Of a DNA stretch of 64,000 nucleotides, positions 53,802 through 64,000 are shown piece by piece. The stretch's first letter is position 1. Each line of letters begins with the position of its first letter. The stretch is from positions 37,014,001 to 37,078,000 of the forward strand of contig NC_042998.1 of NCBI RefSeq assembly GCF_006345805.1. Reading direction: 5' to 3'. The notes beneath the pieces were generated by a model, which saw only the letters and a program-made list of their open reading frames with translations, made no database searches and was not told the DNA's origin. The stretch is from Octopus sinensis (lineage: Eukaryota). A program made the translations under genes and the position numbers.

Positions 53802-55004
53802 TCTTTATATATATAAAACTGAGCATGTGTGTCTGTTTGTCTGTCTGTCCGTCTGTCTGTCTGTCTGTCTCTCTGTCTGTCTGTCTGTCTGTCTGTGTGT
53901 TTCCCTAAAACTTGAGAACTACACATTCACTTTCATTCAAATTTTACACATGCCTTACTTAGGGTCCGGGGAGTGTCATCGGCAAAAAAAATTTGAACTT
54001 TTTGCCTAGGACGAGCCCACAGCAATATCATATCTTCTCCACTACGATTCCCTAAAACTTGAGAACTACACAACCAATTCCATTCAAATTTTACATATGC
54101 CTTACTTAGGGTCCATGTAGTTTCATGGGTAAAAAAATTTTCAACTTCTTGCCTAGAGCGAGCCCATAGCAATATCATATCTTCTCCACTATTTCAGTAT
54201 TACGTGTTAAAAGTGAAACAAAAACGTTTCTCTATTTTATGTCAGATACTTTCACTTTAACAATAAAAATAATAATAACAATTGAATTATATGTAGTAAG
54301 TAATAATTAAAATCAAACTAAAGTAACATGACAAAAGTAAAAATAGCAATTGGTATAAAATTGCATCAATGATTTGAACTTGAATAAGTGGTTTCACATG
54401 AATAGGAATAAATTAAAAATAAAATTAGCGTGCAGAAATGGAATAGTCCAGATGGATAATAAAAAATTAAATTAAAGAAAAGACTATTGTCTATAAAGTA
54501 TACAATGTAGAAAAAAAGGATTTGAACACATGGATGAAAGCACCTTCGAAAAGTGTGTTGGTGCGACTACGAAAGGTATCTAATCAGAGGCGGTAAATTT
54601 GTCACAATAGAAGCAAGGTTCCAGTCAACGGAGCGTGCAAGGGAGTACTCGACTCGAACTTGCAAAGTGGAAATATTTTATTTTCACCTTTATATCCGGG
54701 ACGTCCCGGAAAAAAATTAAAATGCCCCCCCAAGGAAGTAGAGGTAGGCTGGATTGTAGACACACTTCTATACAAGAGGGAGGACCAGATACAATTGATC
54801 GAAATTACAAGAGACGGGCTAACAATTCCAGTCTGTTATATATTTTGAGTATTGTTATCACTAGCGACATCAAGATATAACTTTGTATTTTGTATTTTAT
54901 TCGTAGATGTATATATATAGATGTACATGTAATATGTACACATATATACACATATATACATGCACTAGCATTATGACCCGGCAACGACGGGTCTTTAATG
55001 CTAG
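53802..55004 (+). mobile_element. Putative non-autonomous Helitron with (GTCT)n and a 147-bp internal tandem duplication
   Basis: The 5' end A|TCTTTATATATATAAAA matches the 27.8-28.2 kb element; units at 53901-54044 and 54048-54191; hairpin and CTAG|T at 54964-55005. Continuity of the interior is not proven. Confidence 0.55.
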
Positions 55005-55605
55005 TATAAATGTATATATATATATATATATATACAACATTTAAAGGACTGACCACTAAAATTGGACGGTTAATATGCTAGATATAGACGTCAAAATCGT
55101 TATTTTCCACGAAGAATGTGTTCTCAAGAAAAAACTCACCACAAAACCAAAGTGTAAAATATATACATATATATATATACATGTATATCTGTTAAAAAGC
55201 ATATATGTGTATTTCAATTTGTATAGCAAACAGGCGTGTTTGCATTTATATTGTTCTCTGTATTTCTGTTCTTTTATACATATCTAGGTGTGTGTGTGTG
55301 TGTGTGTATGCGTGTGCGTCTATTGTGTGCTTGCTCTAATGTTTGTCCTCGTGTAGTCTGTACTTATATTATTTGGTGTAAGAGTATACAGCTGAGTGAG
55401 TTTGTTGTGTCCTTTTTTTATACTAATGCTTATGTTTATGATCTATGTTAATGTGAATTTTGTTTTGGTGCCACAACAGTTCATTAAAATAGAACTATAG
55501 CAACACCAATCCTCCTGAGGTCTTTTCACATGTTGGTGATAACTGCTATTTAATTATCTCTCTTCTTTATATCTCGAAATGTCTGTTTCCTATCGCATTC
55601 GTTTA

Positions 55606-56797
55606 TATTGGGTCATCCCATAAATAATGCGCAGTTTTTATACTTCTTTTATTTTTCAAAATTAAGGTAAACAAAGTTCTTTTTTAATCTAAAATATACT
55701 CTCCTTCATTTTCCTCAAAGCTCTTCCATCTCTCTGGTAGAATTGCAAGGCCCACCCTCTTCCACACTTCACTTGTCCGTGACAAAAAATATTCCTCTAG
55801 TACTGTTCTGATCTCGTCTACACAATTCATATTTTTTCCGTCCAAATGATTTTGAAGACTGCGGAATGATAATCAGATGGGACAATGTCCAACGGATATG
55901 GTGGGTGGAGCACCGTTCCCCATCGAAACTGCTCCATTCTTTGGGATGTCATCCTCGCTGACTCTGACCGATCATTATCACGATGGAGAGAACACCTTTC
56001 GTCTTGAAACCAAAGATAGTATTTTTCCTTCTATCGGTGACTTAAAACGCTCAAACTACTTGCAGTGGATCTTTGTTATCGTTTGGTTTTGGTTTAAAAG
56101 TTGAAAGTGAACTAAACATTTCATATCTCACCAAACAGATAACAACACCTTACGTGGGGGAGGACTTTCTGTAGCCGGGAGTGCCGGTGTTACTCCTTTC
56201 CCTTGACATTTTTATAGAGAACGCATTTCTCTTCAGTCACTATTCGTGAGACGTGGAAGCAAAGAAGAGCAGGAATTTGTTCTCTGCACATGATTAACTC
56301 GGAAAATTTAGGAACCCATTGAGCCAATTTGTTGACTATTCCGATGGCACGAATGCGTCGATGAATAGTTGACTGATCAAATCCAAGCTTCTCAGCTAGT
56401 TCCTCAACATTTAAGATGAGATTTTGTTTCCTCAGTCTTTTCAGGACGTCTGCTAATTTCAGGATCGGAAATTCTAGAACCACCGTTGTCACTGGCTTAC
56501 GCTTATTGCCCGACCACATATACTGCATTAAAATTCCTCGCACTTTCCGTGGTTGCCTTTATTGAACTCGTAAAGCAAAATATGCCAAAATATGCGTCTT
56601 TGTCACTTCCATTGTAGCTTTGAAAAATTAGCTGTTAAAATCGAACTGCACTCTTCAAAACGTGCACTAAGGATAAGTACAAGGTAAAAATTACTTCCTA
56701 CTTTTATAGCAAATTGATGCAGCTACTTTATCCCGTCCCCCTCTCACTTTTATTTCATGCAATTGAAAAAACACATTACTTATGGGATAACCTAATA
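55606..56797 (-). mobile_element. Decayed mariner (DD34D-type) transposon with 26-bp TIRs
   Basis: TIRs TATTGGGTCATCCCATAAATAATGCG and TATTAGGTTATCCCATAAGTAATGTG; remnants WVP, RIVT.EK, HDN, HPPYPLDIVPSDYH. Confidence 0.85.
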
Positions 56798-58423
56798 TTA
56801 TATTTTTATTTTGTATACTTTTTAAAAACAGTATTATTTACTATAACTACTTTACTTCCTGTCTTATCCCTTCCTACTTTTTATTAACGTTAAAGGTGGT
56901 GAATGACTTTAAATTTGATAGAAAGAATTAATTGATATGAAACAAACTATATCTATGTTTGGTGACCATATCAAGATAATTTTATCTAGTGTCTTTCTCA
57001 CAAGCATATTATGTATAAAATGAAAAATTTCCCCATATAATGAGTGTCGTAGCATTATTGTAACCATAGTATTTTGGTGGTCTGATGATCTAGTTTACTT
57101 TATCTGCACTGATTTGCAAATATACAATTTTATTGCATAATGTGTAGCAGCTCTATTATGCAGGCATATAAGCATAATTAATTATCGAATGAAATCATTA
57201 TTACACGATGCAACAGGCGTAATCACAGGGTAGGTAAGTAGTTAAATAAATGTATTCACCTCTCATGCCTCCCGACTTTATATGGTTTATATATTCACGT
57301 GTTTAATTGTGAGTGTGCGTGCGTTAGTGCATGCTTGTGTTGGTGCACTGAAATGTCTTTGAAAATAGTTTGAATCGAAATTTGCTGGGATCGGTAGGTA
57401 ACAATATTATGCATAGAATTAAGGTGGCGGAGATAAAATGTTTCACTGATATCCAGATGTGAAGTAGTAAAAAAAAAAAGAAAACAACGACAAAAAATAA
57501 GGAAGTAGGAAACAAGTCCAAAGTGAATATATTCTACATTGAAGAGGAAGGCAAAGTGAATAACGCTTCCTGTCATGATTGAAGAAAAAATATAAGGAGA
57601 GAGAAAAGTATTTCGATCCAAAGGTGGATCATGCTCGAATGGTTGACACAAAGTAATGGCTTTAAATATTGTGTTTTATTTTTAAGCAGAGAAGTGTAAA
57701 AAAAAACTCCAGACCTTTATGCGTGACTTGTGTAGGAGAATAACACGACATGTGTGTAAAATAATTTAAAGTTCGAGTGGGTGAAGAAATTTCATGTTTG
57801 GTTTACAACACTCAGAGATGATGTCGTATGTATTGGTTCGGTAGATGTATATGTGTGTGTGTTTGTACGTGTGGCAGTGTATAAGGTGATATTTCTATAA
57901 TGAAACAGGTATGAGAATGGTGATTCAGACAGAATCTGTGAATCTGAATAGCACGAATAAGATGTGCGTGCAAGGCTTCCAACACTCCATGGAGTCGGGT
58001 TATGGCGCTTTGTGGACGGTCAGTGAAGTGTTTAATGTATAATAATACGATATAATACTCAAAGCAGCGGAAAGTGTCTGGTAAGATAGCGGACGTAACC
58101 GATCACAGTTCTGAACGATTCCGAGTTGTTACCTGCGAAAGAAAAGGTTTCATACAGCGATCACCAAACCGGTGACAGCTTTGTTAAAAGTAAGCTCAGG
58201 TTGTTAAAAGTAAGCTCATATTGGCAACACCTTGCCAATATCTTGGATTTCAAGGAACGTAAGTTCAAATATTGATTCCATGAAAATAATTGAGGTATAC
58301 CTGACCTGATATTAATCACTCCCGATATTAACTTAGAAAGGAACGATTGATCACTGAAGAATCATTGAATCAGCTCCAATCAAATTTCCAACGAATGCGT
58401 TCTGGTTGAACATTTAAGTTATG

Positions 58424-58660
58424 TTTTTGTCTGGTTTCAGCAAGAGGTTGCAGCCAAACTGAAGGACTGCATTTCAGTGTGATTGGCTCTCTTTCCTCTA
58501 CTGTTTGTGGAGAAGTATCTCGACGAACGGAGCTGCTCTGCTTTCTGCCATCTGTCGCATTGTGGCTTCCTCTAGTATCACATAAGAATTATTTGTCCAG
58601 GCGCTTTTTGAAGACCTCCATATCTACACCTCGCAAATGTCTGAGGTTGATTTGATATTC
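58424..58660 (-). mobile_element. 3' fragment of a CR1/L2-group LINE
   Basis: NLRHLRGVDMEVFKKRLDK, plus a tail homologous to those at 5658 and 10756. Confidence 0.6.
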
Positions 58661-59211
58661 AAATTGTTTTTGAGGAATAATAATTGACACATGTACAATT
58701 AATAAAAGCAGATATTTTGGTATTTGCCAATTAAATAATGCTTCTCCTATTTCCAAACATCAATTTGCTGACATTTCATAATGCTGGAAGTATTGTGAAT
58801 TGTGTAACAAATCATTCCATGGCTATTTTTGGTAATCCAGCTGCATTCGAGAACTGGATAATAATCATAACATTGAAGGCAGCAACATTTCCAGTAAGCA
58901 GATCAACTGAGGAAATACCCCCGACAGGAGTTGTTCATATATCAGCCATATCATAGTCTTTTGTATTGATGGTATTGTGAATACAATAATTGCAAATGCT
59001 TGAAAGAAAGTCTAAACATTTCCGCACCAATGGTATGATGCTGTACTAATTTTACTCTATAATGGGACAAGTGTGGCCTCCAACACGCATACACATACAT
59101 ACAATTCTTTCTATGTCTGTGTATATATATACATATATATACATACATACATACATATATATGTATATATATATGTGTATGTATATATGTATATATACGC
59201 ACACATGTGTA

Positions 59212-59249
<38 letters not shown>

Positions 59250-59973
59250 TGTGTTTGTAGTTAGAGAGAGTATCCTATATAAGCTATATATTATAATGGA
59301 GTGACTGATTTAGCTGCAAAACGTGTTCCTATTTAACTTGCATCGGAACCTTGGAATCTCTCCTACAAATTAATACAATTACGTCTGTTCGGAAATGATA
59401 TCGCAAATGACGTTTCTGGCGTCTCTGCTCTAATTTCCGTTACATTTAAATTGTTGTATTCAATGGTTAATATAATATTTGAATATAAATACAATGACTT
59501 ATTTAGAGGTTTATGTGTAGGGGTGTGTGCGTGCGCACACACACATACACGAAGGAACGCACTCATATACACAGACAGCCACACAGACACAAACACGTAC
59601 ACACACACACACACACATACACAAATATGTTTATACAAATATACCTAAGCTCCAATTAGTATAACTTTAATTGTAGAGTGATGTGAATAAAATTGTATTA
59701 CTCTCATTAACCTTATCGTCTTATAAATAACCTTTCGGATATTAATAGATTTTCCATTTTTAATCCATTAATAAAGAGAAGAGAAACTCTTTAGCCAAGT
59801 CTCTATGAGGTTATATTTGTGTATAGCAATCACAGACTCTTCTCAAATGAAGCGTCCGGGAATATACTGTTTTAATTTCTATTATAAGTTATAAATTGTA
59901 CATCAGCTACTTTGTTAGCTCTGCTATACGAATGAATGAACTTTGCAGAATAATATTTACTCATAGGCATTCT

Positions 59974-60082
<109 letters not shown>

Positions 60083-60143
60083 CGTGTGTGTGCGTGCGTG
60101 TGTGTATATACATATACATATATACATAAATATATACATACAC

Positions 60144-60185
<42 letters not shown>

Positions 60186-60198
60186 GTACATACATACA

Positions 60199-60237
<39 letters not shown>

Positions 60238-60323
60238 ATAAGGGTAGAAATTGATATTAATCAATTAAAATCAGTGGCCTAGCATATTTTTAAAAAATCC
60301 GGAGATTAAAAATATTTTTTACA

Positions 60324-60451
60324 TACAAAATTTAAAGGACTGACCACTAAAAGTGGCCAGTCTATATGCTAAATATAGACGTCAAAATTTTGATGTCTAT
60401 ATCTAGCATATAGACTGTCCACGTTTAGTGGTCTGTCTTTTAAATTTTGTA
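60324..60451. repeat. 128-bp foldback palindrome (MITE-like); half copy at 55033-55105
   Basis: About 63-bp arms with few mismatches and no loop (centre CAAAATTTTG). Confidence 0.8.
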
Positions 60452-60604
60452 GGTATATATATATATTTACATATATATATATATGTAATATATATATATA
60501 CAACTATATAAAGATAGGTATGTTAATATGTATGTTAGGAGAGATAGATAAATATATATATGGTATATATATATGCATGAATATGCATATATATATGTAT
60601 ATAT

Positions 60605-60752
60605 TTCTCTCCTTGTCTTTTTCTGTGTCCCTTTCTCTAGAAGAGCGTAGGCTCGAAACGTAAATGACTTTTTCTATTCCTGAGCGTTATACTAATACAT
60701 CTGTTTGTTTTGTACACCACCTGTCTCCGTCTTTTGCTTTTTCGTAAACTCT

Positions 60753-60755
<3 letters not shown>
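60605..60755 (+). repeat. Degenerate HHR-derived short repeat in (TA)n
   Basis: CTCTAGA-A-GAGC-GTAG-GCTC-GAAACGTA; core mutated. Related to 50505-50660. Confidence 0.45.
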
Positions 60756-60834
<79 letters not shown>

Positions 60835-60841
60835 GGTATGC

Positions 60842-60874
<33 letters not shown>

Positions 60875-60907
60875 CGTGTGTGTATAAATGCATATATATA
60901 TAGTTGC

Positions 60908-60963
<56 letters not shown>

Positions 60964-63121
60964 AATACAAAGATAGATAGATAATGTATGAATGTATGTA
61001 TTTATATATGCATGTACAAACATTTATATGCGTGTGTGCTTAATGATATCTATGGTTCAATTAACATAAATAGTTATCTATTTTGAAGCAAATGCAATAT
61101 AGTTTCATATGAATGGGTGATTCTCACACAATTTAGATCTCTGAAATACTGATTTCATTATTTACTTATGAACTGGGTAAAAAAAAAATCAAATGATAGA
61201 ATCCAAGCAAATGGACTTATGATACGACTGAGAATGTTAATATTACTTATGACTATCGATGGGAAATTCTTTTCAGCATTTATTTTGGAATTCTTGTAAA
61301 CAAACTTTGTAGAATGCTCATTCAGTTTATATTACAGTTCGGAGTATTTAATAGGCATTGAATTCGTTTTAATGAATTATATTTTACGTACATGTGCAAA
61401 GTAATATAAGTAGCCCTCTTGGATTTCAGATGGTACTTTCAAGCTTGTCGGCCTTGTATTCCATAACTAAAATACTGGTAACAACCTTTCGCTTAGCGCG
61501 GTTTTTTTATATTTTCGTTGTTTTGTATCATATTACTGTATTCATATTCTAGCTTCTATTTGTTTGCAATGTTTCAGCACTATCGCACCAAATTTATGCA
61601 TTATCCTACAACAGATGAACTCATTGAAAATCAAGAAGCAGCAATGAAGTAGAACTAGTTTTTGTATTAATCGCGGTAATAATTTTTTTAGAACAACAAA
61701 CATTAAATCTAGGTCATTAAATTCTATGTCATACAATTATAAGTTGTTTTTACAGTCTCATGATTTTGTTACCAATACGTACTTCTTTTTAGAAATATCA
61801 AATATCCTTCATAGACTTTTCGACCACAAGCGGTCCCTATTAGAAGTACTTGCATGGAATTGATCTACATGTCTCAACTATATTCATCCTCGTGTCAATT
61901 TTATGGACAAATTCCCCCACATACACCTTATATTCCTTCCGGCGCCTCCTGTTGTATATGCACGCATGTCCAGTAAATCCCTTGCATATATTTTCCTCAC
62001 CCTACATCCCTTCATTACTTGACCACTAGCCTATCATTGACATCGATCGAATCCATCAAAACACTTTGTTTATATCACATAACTCCCCTTTCTCAGTCTT
62101 GCTTCCTAAATATCATCTCTTTCGCATGGTACTCACAGTTTTTCAAAAAAATATTTCTTCACACTTACGATCCACTCTCCAACAACACACATTCAATTCA
62201 TATATTATTTCTCCGGTAAGTTTGCTACGACCGTTATACCATTCTTTCTCTTGTCACATGATAGACATCTCTTTGAGTCTAACTCAATACTCTTAAGATT
62301 TCTAAATCTTATCCTAAATCATTTCATCTCAAATGTCAACAACATTCTCTTCATTAGCATTTATATTTGAGATCGATCGATGTGTAATATGCAGGGTTAT
62401 ATATTATTTCTTGGATAATGACCAATTATTTTCTTTATTCAGTTATATCTCAATTGTGGAGATTTGTATGAATTTTACAAATACTTAGCAAGAAAGTTTA
62501 TTCGCTACTTGTAAACACCAATAAAACATATCATAAATCTTTAATAAGAACAATGTGTAATAAAAACTAAGTTGTTCACCAAAATAGATTTTTACGATAT
62601 ATCTAATTGCTTTTATGAGTTGTCATGATAAATCAGCAAAAATGTTTTTGTTCATCTTGGTACATCAGCAAAATCTTATTTCACCTCATACAAATTACTG
62701 CTTTCATAATATTCAGTCAGCAGGTGTAAAAATCAAATTTCTATATTTGTTCGTAAATAATTCCATATATTTCCCAAATTTATCACGAATAACAAACATG
62801 ATTGCATTGCATAAATTGCAGGTAAGACTTCTATTTTTTTAAAAACTATAACTTTCTCACAATCTATAATTTGTGAAGCACACAAATAGCTATATCCGAA
62901 TTAGGGATTGTATGAAAATCTCTTCAAGCGAGTGCAAATATTCCAGATCGGAATTGTCAGAGTACTTGTTGCCTAATATTATTTTTTCATTTACACTGAT
63001 GCGTTAAACGGGCTAAATTTCTAGATAAAAGACAGGATGAAGAACCAAAGAACGAATAGAGAGGAACTATAATAAATAAAGCATGATTATTTCGTGCAGA
63101 AAAGCGAAATGCGGTTCGATG

Positions 63122-63177
<56 letters not shown>

Positions 63178-63499
63178 TATTAGCTCTGAAATATATGGCA
63201 TAGCTATCGGAAAATACAAGTTGTAGTGTTAAAAATGTTGTCCGGCAAATATTAATCAGACATAGAGCTTCATGAATTTTCTACTTATAACCAAAATATT
63301 TTCCAGTAAATAACCCTGTAAGCTGAAACATGAGGATTATTAAAGTGTTATTGCGGGTTAAACCTGAAATTTCCACTTCAAAATTGATTACCAGACCTAA
63401 TTCAGGAATAGAAACATATGTCCAAGGTATACAGGTAATTTCAGACGACCAAAATAATACAACGGTATCAGTGATAGAAAATATATACTGGCTTAAACT

Positions 63500-63735
63500 A
63501 CAATGTTTTCGCTTCCGCCCTCACCCTTATTCGCCAGATTTAGCACCCTCGTCCCAAATATGGATATACTGCTCAAAGGTCACCGCTTCAACACCGTTGT
63601 CCAGTTCCAGAGCGTATCACTGAAGTTCTTCGACTCGCTTAAAAACACAACTTCTCGGTTGGATTTCAAAAGTAGCAGGAATGCTGCGACAGGTATATTA
63701 CTGCGCAACGTGATTATTTTGAAATTTTAGGTAAA
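63500..63735 (+). pseudogene. Mariner transposase 3' remnant
   Basis: PHPYSPDLAPS motif in ORF 63330-63623. Confidence 0.65.
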
Positions 63736-64000
63736 TAAGATACGTCGCTATTAAGCACAACTAGCCCAGGAACTTTTTGATACCACCTCGTACGTGTACG
63801 ATTGATGGATGCCTAGGAATTAATGAACGGGACTGTAGTCTTCAACGCGTCAGTGTCATTTAATGTTTTATAGTAAGAGATGCATTGAAGTCTTTAAAGC
63901 CACGTCATTTGTTTGTAATTGCTACCAACCTTCTGTGTTATGCTGTGCAATGTAAATCAATTTCTTGCAGATGAGGCAAAGAATAAGTGTGACACAGTAA

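Noticed and set aside
58060-58150. Minus-strand acceptor ttttctttcgcag at ~58134
   Set aside because: Followed only by short frames ending in stops, with no supporting upstream exon.
58182-58220. 18-bp tandem duplication TTGTTAAAAGTAAGCTCA (and the 16-bp repeat at 32026/32057)
   Set aside because: Ordinary local duplications with no enclosed element.

Overview
AT-rich, microsatellite-dense eukaryotic (animal) DNA. The SINE, LINE and microsatellite make-up is most consistent with a cephalopod (Octopus-like) genome; this is an inference from recalled repeat families, not a database result. No host gene can be confidently called, and most ORFs in the track are translations of microsatellites. 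The window is a mosaic of mobile elements: Tc1/mariner remnants, a Tx1-clade LINE in (ATCT)n, CR1/L2-like LINE fragments, R4/Dong-like RLE LINEs stacked in (TAA)n and (TACA)n arrays, tRNA-derived SINEs, Helitron pieces and several Penelope-like element (PLE) derivatives carrying hammerhead-ribozyme (HHR) motifs. The best candidate for an undescribed system is at about 36.9-39.2 kb. It is a young, RT-less PLE derivative with a stop-free frame of about 400 codons encoding only the PLE thumb/linker region and a GIY-YIG endonuclease with the expected catalytic residues. It is bracketed by ~172-bp near-identical inverted repeats that each contain a complete type I hammerhead fold. A similar inverted-HHR-repeat architecture recurs at three other loci with different cargo.
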